From NCBI GenBank assembly GCA_038496445.1, contig JALMLS010000354.1:538045-602044 (forward strand): DNA of 64,000 nt, in the 5' to 3' direction. The stretch comes from Trichosphaerium sp. ATCC 40318 (lineage: Eukaryota; Protista; Tubulinea). Numbering within the stretch: position 1 is the first letter of the stretch; each line of letters starts with the position of its first letter. The notes under the pieces are model-generated. The model was not told the DNA's origin. It saw only the letters and a program-made list of their open reading frames with translations, and did not search any database. Made by a program: the position numbers and the translations under genes. Positions 1-11,729 of this stretch are shown here, one piece after another.

Positions 1-3000
1 TGTGACCTTCAGGGTCATCACTAGAATCTGCTTCATCATCACTTAGGGCAGCATATTCTATAAAAGAGAAGAAAAAAATGAGAAACAAAGGGCAAACGAG
101 TAAAAAACATTTTACAATGTACGTACGAGGTAATCGTTTTAATTTGCGTTCTAATCTAGCAATAGCACCAAATAACATAGCAAAATTACCGCCTTCGCAC
201 TAAAGGAAAAAACCGGTTAGATGAAGACAGATAATGGTGACTCCTTTGTAAAGAAAAAAGTTTGTCAAACTAAAAAATTCCTTCTGAAAAAAAAACAAAA
301 AGTGTCCAGTGCTTACATCTTCAGCGTGCTTTTTCATTACTTTTACAAGGTAGTGTTGGTAAAAGTCATCAAATGCATTATCTGGAATCAAGCCAGTTCT
401 AGTTAAAACCCCATGTAAGCAAGAAAGAAACAAAAATTAATACATACTTTCTAACTTCTTCTTCTGTAAGTAGGTCCCACGCTTCAGGGTGAAGTTTAAG
501 GAATTTCTTGACTTTGTGTTTCATTAGTTTGTTCTTTTTGCCTAATACTCATAAGCATCAAAACAAAGACAACCAATAAACGTACGTAGAGCAGACTTGT
601 CCTTCAGTTTTTTACCAACTTCTCTGCCATCCATAAACCATCTTCCATACATCCTCTTCATCTTAATCCATATTTTATGCGCCGTTTTCTTAGCTGATTC
701 TGCAAGAGTTAATACTTCTCTTTTATGCAATTTTTCTCTATTCTTGTGATACGCATCATTAACAATAGCAATAAACATGTTTGTCAAGATGAGGAAAATC
801 AAGATACAGAAAGACATGTAGAACTACACAAAAGCATTAGTATTAGCCTTGGAAGGTTATTTGTATGATCATAAAGAGTTCGTACTAGAGGTGCAAGAAC
901 ACGATTAGAAAGAACCATTTCATCATATTCTGCAAACTCGCCTAACATCATTTCAAAGCACGTGATAAAAGCTGTGATAAAGTTTCGGAAACCCTTTAAT
1001 TAAGAAAAAATCAGAAACGAGCTAGGTTAATAAATAGAGAACGTACAGATACATCCGGACCAAAGAGGAGCATTCCTGAACCAACAAACGCCAGGAAGAG
1101 AACAAAGAAGAAAAATCCAAAGGCAACTAAATCAGGACCAGCCTATTTAAGAAAAACAATCAGTTTTTTTGTCAAGCAACTTTTTTGGTCCAAAAAAAAC
1201 TGTAAATCAAAACGTACATATTTAAGTGTAATCCACATAGACTGCATACGTTCATTCAGTTGAAAATACTTGAAAACAGATAAAGTAGAAACAAATATAT
1301 TGAGAGAAGCAAATCCAAAGATAAGCGAGAACGAAAACCTTTGAAAAGTGTAAACTTCTTGCAATATTTACAAAAAATGTAAACAGTTTATTTGCCAAAG
1401 AAAACGTACCCAAGCTCTTCCATGATAGTAAAATCACGTCCTTGACTTAAATCAACTATATTATTAGTGAAACTAGTGAGCTGCGATACGAACACGCAGT
1501 ACCAGGTACACAAGATAAGGTACAACTAAACAAACTTGTAAGATTTTTTCATCCAAACGAAAGAGTATGCAACGTACTACACAACTCACTACTGACACTG
1601 AGTTCCATATAGGATCAACAAACCACTTTAATATACCTCGTCTAGGATTACGTGCTGCTTTTATCATCTACAATGAAGGGTATTAAGCACCTGTTGTTGA
1701 AGACAAAAAAACCAAAAGGCCGTACTTGGAAAACAAGATAAAATACTTGATAAATAAGACAGATAACAAAAACACACTCAAAAAAAGCTCGCACATAATC
1801 CTATAATACCATTAAATACTAAAACATAGAATTATATTTGTTACCGTGTTGGTGAGGTATAAATCAGCAGGAAAGCTACGCCATGCTGAACTTAGCTGAA
1901 AAGATCCTGTTGGATGCATTTCAATTGTCTAACAAAAACATGTCTTAGTTCAGTGATACACTAATCAATACGTACAAAGAGAATCGTCATGAAAAGATTC
2001 AATCCTGGGTTGAAAACATTCAGAGTAATGAATAAAGCTCGTGTAGGCTCATCAAGCCATGCTTCACTCTCTAATTCTGCTATTTGTTTCTCAGCAACTT
2101 GTGGATTGTATTCAAGATCAACAACATAACCACCACTATTACTATGTTAACAAATTGTTTCTCTTTCATTCACTATCACAATGGTACCTTGTATATGTTG
2201 TATCAAATCCCCATACTTGTGGGGAACCTGTTTCTTCGTATTTGTACTTCGTTGGATCACCTTCTGGGCCAAAAGGAGCTCTTTGATTCGCACCACTTGT
2301 CCAACTACAAAAAGAAACTGTGTTTTAGTACACCGAACTGCGTTTACTTAACATACGTTGAGAAACAGCCTCCTGATACAAGATCGTTTAGAGGAGGTGG
2401 TATGTCACAAGATGAATCCTTGACACGTAATTGACGCATTCTAACAGAACCAAGAAGCCTATTATACTGCAGAATAAAAACTAAAGAAGAAAGTCATTAT
2501 CAAGTTTTATCATTTTTTTTGCGAACACTGGTACCTTCTTCAGTTAACGAAAGCGAGCTGATTGCGCTTAACAAAGGTCCCCTAAGAAACTACAGATACA
2601 ATAATAAGTACTTGCAACATAAAGCAAACTTCAAAATGCAAAAAGTTCGTTTGTTGTTGCTCCAAAAAAAAAAATACGCACCTGCCACAACTCTTCCATT
2701 GATCCTATATCATGAAATGTCTTTTGGACGTGTGTAAATTCGGGCGCGTACTCTACGAGCACGTTAATAATCGTCAAAAAAAAAAGATACGGCTAGTTTT
2801 GGTATAATTCGCGTATAGGAGTACAATGAACGCCAACGAGGCGCGTTTGTCACAAAACAAAAAATGTACCTTCAAACAAAAAAACATCTTCTAGGGATGC
2901 CTTCATGAAGTAGCTTGATGTCACTCGACGCATCATAAACACTAATACAGTTTTGTGAGTGACTCCGACGGAGTAACATATGTGTAAAGATTGTATCGAT

Positions 3001-3402
3001 AGATACATCGCCACTGTGTTTGCAATGTACAGCTCCCAACCCCAATTCAGGGATAATTGACAATAAAGTAATATAAAGCGTACCAACGACCAGAAACATA
3101 GTAACGAACATCAAGAAAAGCAAAAAATCGCGAAACAACTTCATCTTTTTGTTTTTGATTTTAGCCTTGCGTACATGGCTAGTCACTGTATGAAATCCAT
3201 TACTATTATCATTACTATCAAGCCAAGCAGCTTCTGGAGCAAAATCATCTTTGTAAGACGTAAACCGCTCAATACGAGCTGGCTCTTGCGTAAAAGTTAC
3301 AGAACGGTCTGTTTCGATGCCATTTTCCGTTTGGGTTGGATGATCTGTTTCTTCCACCACTTCAATGTCCGCCACAGAGCCTGCACTGTATTCGTCCGTC
3401 AT
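1..3402 (-). CDS. Polycystin-2 (TRPP/PKD2)-like cation channel, multi-exon, 3' end beyond window start
   Basis: Spliced exons give NRLLGSVRMRQLRVKDSSC (TOP domain), VFKYFQLNERMQSMWITL and LAPLFYMSFCILIFLILTNMFIAIVNDAY (S6 signature). GT-AG introns. Confidence 0.9.
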
Positions 3403-3612
3403 GGACCTTCCACACTGCCGTTTGTGAACAAATCAGGTTGTACTTAATTAACGTTACCATTTCTTAACTTGTGAGGTCTAGTTAGCACCCTAAAACACGC
3501 GAATTGTAGTACAATTAAAACTACATTACTTGGAGGTATAAGTGCCTAAAAACGTACAGAAAATAGCGAAAATTTTAAAAAGTGCGGAAGTGTCTTCAAA
3601 ACCCGATGCGGT

Positions 3613-6600
3613 ATGTCCTCCACGCCCAGTAACACCGGAGAGAAGCGAAAGAGTGTAATAACAGATGATCACCCGTCAAAAAGACAAAAGCTCGAGGATT
3701 CTAGCGAAACAAAACCTAAAGCGATAAAAACAGATCAAATGGATGTTGATGCCACCGAAAGTGTCCCTGAACAGGTTATCGCGCCAAAACAAGACTCAGA
3801 TTTAATAGAAACGACAAAAGAAGAGGTACATGCACCCACAGCGCCAACGACGCGAGAAACAGATTCTGAGAAAACAGCAATGGCATCTTTCAACATACTT
3901 GAACTTCCAGACGTACCACTACTCCACCTACTTTCGTTATGTTCATTCGCATCAGCAGTGCGGTACGTTTTTTTAATGCTACGGCGAGAAAAGTACTAAT
4001 TTGCTTTTTATTCAGTTTGGGAGTAACATGTACACGCTTCAAACAGTTGTACCCGGCTCGTAAGTTATTTGATAAACTAGCCGAAGAGCTAGGTGAGTAC
4101 GCCAACAGCAACGAATCCGGAAAGAAACATTTGGCACTGAATCGTTTGGGCGACATTGAGAAGCTTATATACGCAAAGTTACGTCAAGGTTTAGCACAAT
4201 CGTTTGAACCGGTAGAATTCAAGCGTATGAGGTATGAGATATATTTTAACGACTATTTTATGTTATAACGCCTGTTTAACACGCTTAATAGTAAAGAAGC
4301 AAAAGAGGAGGCTCCTGGTTTAGCTTCAAAGTTGCACTATCTCCAATACGAACCTTTCACAACTTTTGAGAATTATGGTCTTTATTGTATGCTACAAGTT
4401 AATGTTCCTGGTTTTGGAGGTATGTACTTGCGGTTGTACTAAAACGAGACTTGCAAAACAATTTTGTTACGATTTTTATTTTCACGTCACCAAACATTGT
4501 TTTTTTTGGATTCTATACGTCTATTACAACATAAAAACGATTGTGAGACTAAGGAGAAAACTGTTACTAATCTGCAAAAACTGCACTCTTTGTTGGACGA
4601 AAAATAACGAAAATTTCACGAAATGTACCTCTTTACGCATAAGAAAATGCTTATAAAACTGCTGTTAGACTATTAGGAGAAAACTGAATTTTTTGGCTTA
4701 AATCACAATTGCCTTTCGTTTTCTTTGCCTTTGTAACTATTTTAATAGATCTATATATAAAGCAGAGGTTTATTTGGGGGTATAATAACAGAGAGGAGAC
4801 GTTTGAACACATTTATCATTTACTTTTTTTCACAAACGGTAAGCAAAACAAAAACTACGTTAAACGCATTTTTATGAGTTAAAACCACGCTTTCCCCTTT
4901 ATCACCCAGAATTTTAATAATATTTCGATACTACAAACAAATACCCTCAGTACGCTTTTGGAGACACTACTACGACTGAACATCAATTTTGGTTTTAAAC
5001 TCATGAATTTTATGCGATTTTCCACGCGAAACGTACAAAAAACTGATGTAGGCGTCACACTCGCTCTTACTATTTGTTATTAGACGCTAAACTCGCTGAG
5101 AAGCTTAGTATACCACGAGCTGAAGCACATATTGCATTGTATTATTCTGATTATCGTGCCAACAAGCATAGAGCAATATCACCATATTATGACGAAGAGG
5201 TACAAAGAAAAAGCGGGATACACGCCATTTCATTTCAGTTTTCTTGAAAAAGTTTTTTAAACTATTGTCGCTTTTTACAAGCTTTTCCTTTGACTGTGGT
5301 AGTAACAACCGCTTGGGTTTGGTTGTAACACATTCGAATTGCTTACTCACTGTAAAATTAGTTATTTTCGCGTGTGTCCACGGCCTTAGGATACAAGTGG
5401 TCTTCTACAGACACTACAATATTTTTCATGATTGCAGGAGGTACATGTGATTGGTAGGTTTGTTAAAAATGCTAAAAAGATGTGATTTTAGGTGCTTACT
5501 TTATGGCTGAGCGTTTTTGGGCTGAAACTCGACCTAAGGGTATGTTTAAAAGATATTTAAACGAACGGAAAATTTACGTGATACATAACGTGATTTTTAG
5601 TTTTGTGTTTTTGCTAGTGACCCGTACTAACGCAGTTATAAGGCTTATTTGGCAATGAGAATTCAAGAAGGACCAAGAGTTTAACAACTGAACAAGCGAT
5701 GGGTAAATACTACTTTTTGGCTGGGATTGTACAAAATGACGTCCGAGAGTATTTCGACGCCCTAGTACCAACTGATGCGTGCGTTTTACTAGTTTTTTTT
5801 TGTGATCCCAAGTAACCCTTTTTGTAGAGTTGATTTTTCCTTAACGCTAGTGGATTTTGTCATTGATGCTGTAACGCGAGCTACAACAAAGGTGTGATAC
5901 CCCTCTACTTCGTAAAATCTTTTTTTATTATTTGTAAACTTGTTGCTTTTTGATTTGTACGAGAGCCGCTCTGAAGTATCTTAGAAAACAAGCACCAGTG
6001 AAATGACAAACGTGATCTTTGAATCTTCGGAAGAGATCGCGGCTTCTTGGGGTATGACCGACAAGGGAAGAGATTGGATCAAGTCTGTACGTGATCACTA
6101 CTTTATAGTGGCGTTTGAGGCTCACCGGTCTAACTCGCAAAAAAGGATAACGTAGTTGCAGTTTTGAAGAGCGTCAAAGAGCTTAGCTCTCGTTGTACGG
6201 TAGTGGACGCTGGTGAGTTATCCAATTCAGCAGAGTATGAGTCCAGGTAAACAACATCCAAAACACATTAATTGTTAGCTAACTCCACGTATAGTTTTGT
6301 ATTAGATGTACCAGGCATATCAAAGCGTTTAGTATTTACAATTAGTGGCGCTGAAGCGTTCAGGTATCATACTGACGATGAGCCTTTTCACTTTGGCGTT
6401 TATTGTAACAAAACAGATGATACAGGTGCGTGTGGTGTTTTTTGGTGAATAGCACTTTTTTTCCTTTCACGTTCTTTTCTCTTACGTGTTCTAGAACTTA
6501 ATAAAAAGCTCAACATGGTTTCTAGTGATATATCAGAAACAATTTTTTACGCTGGACGTGATGAAGACTCACTGCTTAACCCAGAATTCTTTATGTCTCT

Positions 6601-7763
6601 AAACAAGTTCTACGGGTTTGAATTTAAACCATCTGAATGGATGACAATACTAGTATCTCTTCCTAGTACGTCAAATCTACAAAGAAAACAAATCATTAAA
6701 TATTGACTTAACGATTTTTCCTTTAAGGCTCTGGTTTATGTTGGTCATCTGGATTAGATGTTAGTAAATATACAAGCTCATTTGGATGCGCAGGTGAGTT
6801 CTCAGAGAATGCAGAACGTGGGTATATCGATAGATGTATGATGCGTTTGATTAAATCGGAAGTACTGCATATGGATGCTGCTGTGAAGGTAACTTCAGCT
6901 CGAAGTGACAGAGCAGGTCGTAGGCAAAGACGAAGTGAGCAAGCCGCAATCGTAAGTGTATTCATATGTAAAACATCACAATGAGTTAACTCTCCTTGTA
7001 GAACCGAAAAAAACTACAAGCGCAACAAGCTAATGTCAACAGGTAATTTTTTTTTTTCCTGACCAAATTTTGTTGCGTATTTTTCGACATTAACTATCAA
7101 TTCAGTATGACCATGCAATTTGTTCAACCAACCAGACAGTTATCCCATGCACCTCCTCCTGTATCTACAACACACAATGTTGCCCAACACATGTTCCCTG
7201 ATCCATACCAAGCGCGGATGTCAAATCATATAGCACCGCCACCACAACACATACAACCTTCACAACCACCACAATCAAAGATGCATCAAATGCATCCTAC
7301 ACAACAAAACGTAATGCATGAACGCCAGCAACATCAACAACACCATTTCTCTCCAATGCAGAGGCCGGGAATGCAAAGTCTTTCTTTAAATGGAGGATAC
7401 TCACTTCATAGGGATATGGATCCTTTTGGATCACAAAGAATGAATCCTTCTACAACCACTGTTTTGTCACGTGATAGAATGCAAGAACATTACAATAGAA
7501 CACTTCCTAGTATTGCTGATCCTCGTCATGGAGATGTTGGTAAGGCCCCAGACAGGCGTGTACAACTACCTGGCTCTTTGACGCATCGAATGGCACCTGT
7601 TCCACATCAGGGTATAACACAACATCAACCAACAGCACCGTCACATAACCCAACGCAGCCACAAAGGTCAAATCTCTTTTCTTTGTTAAACGGACCATCT
7701 AATACTTCTCCACAACCACACACGTTCGGCGGTCCGCCAAGGCATCTTGGTAATGGGTCGTAG
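3613..7763 (+). CDS. Large multi-exon protein with N-terminal F-box and Q/H/P-rich low-complexity C-terminus
   Basis: ILELPDVPLLHLLSLCSFASAVR/LGVTCTRFKQL is F-box-like. Exons chain through GT-AG introns to the 7107-7763 Q/P/H-rich exon. A frame break at the A-run near 6139 and ambiguity near 4830-5050 mean it could be two genes. Confidence 0.55.
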
Positions 7764-8452
7764 CATATGGTTTAGTAAAAAAAAAGGAAAAAACCCATTC
7801 GGTGTATTGTAGAGGCTACCAGATCACTAGTGAGCAAGAGAAATAAAAAAAACCAAAACGTACAGTAAAATCGTACAGAGAATAAATAAAACAGTTTACT
7901 ACTTTTATTGTTTTTACCTGACTTAGTAAATTATCTTGGGGAACGTTGACTTGTTTACTGACATAAAGACGTGCGTAACCGCACAAACAATCTAATTCAA
8001 TGTTTGTTTTCGCCGATATTTTGAAATTCAACAAACTTAATATGGCTGGTTACTGGTTTTAATTTCACGTGTATTTTTAGTGTGCCAACATAGTGGAAGA
8101 CACAACTTGGTGTCATTCCTAGATACAGAAATGGAGTGTGTATTATCTTGTAGCTATTCTACAATCGATTTAATCCCTCATGATACAAAAAAAATTTGAT
8201 GTCAATGCATCAGCTTCATTTCGCTCAGCGTTGCTCAACATTAGTTGCATTATTGTGTTTATCCGTTGAGTACCATTGAAGGTGCTACTGAAAAAGACCA
8301 AAAAAGACCGTGAACAAATAGCACAGCGATCATTGTACTTTGCACAAAAAACAGGGTAAATTTACATAATTTATAATTGAAATAGCTTACAACCTGGGCA
8401 GTATGTTACAGGAATAAACAATACACTTTAAGAAACAGAACATGATAGGTTG

Positions 8453-8529
8453 TCACGTGCCAGTCAAGCATTACATTGTGAGAAGACTCGAGAATACATT
8501 GACAGTGCTTGCTTTAATCTGCTTGTACA
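8453..8529 (+). repeat. Direct repeat, copy 1 (partner 10424-10486), flanking the F-box-LRR gene
   Basis: tcacgtgccagtcaagcattac..gagaagactc[14-nt insert]agtgcttgctttaatctgcttgtaca; 2 substitutions and one indel versus copy 2. Confidence 0.9.
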
Positions 8530-8929
8530 TAGCTAACAACCATTGTTTTAATCCACTTTCTAATAAACTATCTACTAATAAGAATACCTCCCGGGTTGCT
8601 TATATCTACAGAACCGATCAATACATACCACAACAGTAGCTAGGTGGGACAAAAATCATCTTTCACACCATATTCTATTTTTACTTTTCCGTTCACGTGC
8701 ACTCATAGTAAAGACCTGATCCTTATTATCCACTTGATACTTCAACCATTAATTAATCAGTTTTGTGACAAAATATGCTGTTGATCTATAAAGCTTTTGT
8801 TGGCAGAAGCCTGCATATGGAGTCAAAACAACTACATTGGTAAAAAGAGTCTAACTGTAAATTTTGTTTATTTCACGTGCTTGTCAACAATCACGTTGCA
8901 CTTTTTAGCCATCTTCAAGTACAATTACT

Positions 8930-10417
8930 TTAACAAAAATAAGGCCATAATGCTTCCCTTCTATCAGTATTTTTACATCGTAGATAATTAACCACCATTC
9001 TCTTTGTTATTTGAGTGCCGAGATATTCAATGTAATTAATACTTGTTAATTTAATGACACCCTCGTCTGTGATTTGAAAGCAGTCTGTGAGGCTAATTTT
9101 CTTAACACCGATAAGACTGCTCACTCCTTTGTCTGTTATCTTTTTGCAGCCACAAAGACTAATAATTTTAGCACCCCTCAAAGAGCATAAGCCCTCATCT
9201 GTCACATTTGTACCATTAATATGAATTGTATGCACTCCAGTAAGTGCCTTTAAAGTACTATCATCAACACAGTCAACATGAGAAATATCAATCACTTTTA
9301 CACCTGCCAATTGTTTTATCACATCATTTGATATCAATTTACAACTATTCAAATCAATATGATGTACACCTGCAAAGCATGATAGAGTATCGTCTGTTAA
9401 TTGTGTACACTCACAAAGCTCTATACAAGGTATACCAGCCAAAAGTTTCAAGATATTGTTTGATATTTGAGTACAGTCATCAAGACCAATTTTTTTAATT
9501 TTGTGAGTTGTTTGATTTTGTGTTAACAGATACTTTACTCCTTCATCTGTAATTCTCTTACAGTTACTTAAACATATGAAACTTGCGTTTGTTAGTGCTA
9601 TGACGCTTTTATCCGTTATACCACATCCATCAAGATTTATCTTGTGTACATTGCCTGAAATGGCAATGACACCTTTGTCAGTGATTTTGTCACAACAACC
9701 TAAGTTAATAGTATGAACTCCAGAGAGTGCCGCAAGTCCTTTATCTGTTATGTCTGTCAATGAAATATCAACAATATGAATAATTCCAAGCTCTTGAAGC
9801 CACTCATCTTTTAAATAACTGCGTGGTACGCTTAATGTATGAATACCTTGAAGTGACTTAAATCCCGATCCTGTCAAGTTGCATTCATGTTCACGTATTT
9901 TCGTTTCCAGATGATGTACACCTGAAATATGTTCTAACATAACATCTGTTAATGAAACACTACGCCTTATTTCAAGTTGATGAACACCAGATAGATTTTT
10001 AAAGTCATCTTCAGTCATTGTAAAACCATCAATAATCACTTTTGTATTTTTTAAAAGAGGACTTTTACGTAGTTTGTATAGACTTTCTCTTGACTTTACG
10101 TTCACTGTTAAATACCCCAAATGGTTTAAAATGATTGTAGAAAACAGTTTACAAACAAATGTTGCTGATATACGACATTTCTTGTCTAAAAACGCCAGTA
10201 TACAAAACATAATTTCTGTCGGTAGCCAAAGCATCTCAAATGTCCTATGAGTACGGTTAGCCAAAACAGAGGAAAAATAACATGTGCATAAGGTGATTAT
10301 GCAGAATACATACTCTGGTGGCTCGGTTAGTGTATGAAACATGCCTTTAGAGCAATCGTCTATGAATTGTTGGGAAGCAACTGTGGTATTAAGGCAGCCC
10401 TTAAGGCACTTCTCCAT
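8930..10417 (-). CDS. Intronless F-box + leucine-rich repeat protein (GVHTINL..VTDEG.. type)
   Basis: MLWLPTEIMFCILAFLD F-box (likely true start 10234) followed by about 14 repeats of 23-25 aa. Paralogue of 50232 and 57049. Confidence 0.85.
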   Translation of the reverse strand: MEKCLKGCLNTTVASQQFIDDCSKGMFHTLTEPPEYVFCIITLCTCYFSSVLANRTHRTFEMLWLPTEIMFCILAFLDKKCRISATFVCKLFSTIILNHLGYLTVNVKSRESLYKLRKSPLLKNTKVIIDGFTMTEDDFKNLSGVHQLEIRRSVSLTDVMLEHISGVHHLETKIREHECNLTGSGFKSLQGIHTLSVPRSYLKDEWLQELGIIHIVDISLTDITDKGLAALSGVHTINLGCCDKITDKGVIAISGNVHKINLDGCGITDKSVIALTNASFICLSNCKRITDEGVKYLLTQNQTTHKIKKIGLDDCTQISNNILKLLAGIPCIELCECTQLTDDTLSCFAGVHHIDLNSCKLISNDVIKQLAGVKVIDISHVDCVDDSTLKALTGVHTIHINGTNVTDEGLCSLRGAKIISLCGCKKITDKGVSSLIGVKKISLTDCFQITDEGVIKLTSINYIEYLGTQITKRMVVNYLRCKNTDRREALWPYFC

Positions 10418-10423
10418 AGGTTT

Positions 10424-10486
10424 TCACGTGCCAGTCAAGCATTACCTTGCGAGAAGACTCAGTGCTTGCTTTAATCTGCTTGTACA
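10424..10486 (+). repeat. Direct repeat, copy 2 (partner 8453-8529)
   Basis: Direct sequence match to 8453-8529. Confidence 0.9.
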
Positions 10487-10770
10487 ATAAACTTCTCTTG
10501 TAAGAGTACCTTGTTCCGTCTTGTCTATGGACCACCCAGGATTATTGTACCAAGTCTTGTTCAAAGAAAACATTGGCACCATGTACCCATCAGAGTGTGA
10601 TGTCATTCTAAAGTGTCTGTGGTTCACTCCGATTCCTTTGTACGTGTTCGAGGTACGTTACTGGAATTTACTGCATTTTGAAAACACATGGTCTTATTGT
10701 TATGGTCAAAGTAAATCATGCTGTATGAACATCACTTTGAATTTGTTTAAAATTTCTTTCACACTCAACA

Positions 10771-11106
10771 ATGCCAAGAAGAGCAACGTCACCAACAAAA
10801 TCCGAGCCTGTAGGCTTGAACATCACCAATCAAGGTAGAGCTGGTTCTTTCAAACAAGCTGTTCGCACGCTGCTTCAAACGCAACACGGACATATGAATA
10901 TATCAGCTGAAGCTCTTACTCTCATTGACAGTTTCGCAACTCACATGCTCGGAAAGATAACAACTGAAGCCTCTCGTAGTGTTACCCCCAATGATGGAGC
11001 AACTCGTGCTCATGTTGCCTCGGCTGCAAATACAATATTGTCAGCTGAATTATCTAGATTGACTGCATTGAATGCGCTGGAAAACGTTGTTGTAAAACAA
11101 GAATAA
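10771..11106 (+). CDS. Highly divergent histone H2B-like histone-fold protein, intronless
   Basis: SFKQAVRTLLQTQHGHMNISAEALTLIDSFATHMLGKITTEASR...ATRAHVASAANTILSAELSR aligns by eye to H2B [44 protein letters not shown]...TSREIQTAVRLLLPGELAK. Confidence 0.75.
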   Translation: MPRRATSPTKSEPVGLNITNQGRAGSFKQAVRTLLQTQHGHMNISAEALTLIDSFATHMLGKITTEASRSVTPNDGATRAHVASAANTILSAELSRLTALNALENVVVKQE

Positions 11107-11729
11107 ATAACTTTTGCTATTTTTAAGTGGGATTGTGATTCATCTCACATCATGCTTCATTGTCCTGCGTAACAGTGACTATTGGAGTTATTGTTACAAG
11201 TGACTTACAATACAAAATTGTATTTCTCTTTTAAGCCCATTTTATTCTTTGATTGCATCGTCTCTTCGGATTATCACCCACCCACCATCCCGACTAAATT
11301 ACAACATATACAATAACAGAAAAAACAACAAAAACTAAAAATCAAACAGGATTTCAAGTCACGTGCCAAGATGTCTGTTTTCATCTCGAAATTACTCTTT
11401 ATGGTTTATTCTTTGTAAGTGGCTATAATTGTATGACCGGTAGAATAAATACGGGGTAGCCCAATTATACCCTTCTCCACCTCCTCCTATTAAGGATAAA
11501 TATTAGCGTGTTATCACCAAACCCTACAATAGTATCTTGTAACAAAGCACAATAACTATCGGCACTCATTTTCTTCCTTGTTTCGCTATAGCAAGTTCAA
11601 TGCATCCTTGAGGTTTGAATAAACTCTTTGATTCTTCAACCATGTCTGTAGCAGATTTAACTAGTTAAAATAGATTTTTTTTGCAATAGACGATAGCAGT
11701 TTATTTGAGTGCTTCAAGGTTAACTCGTG

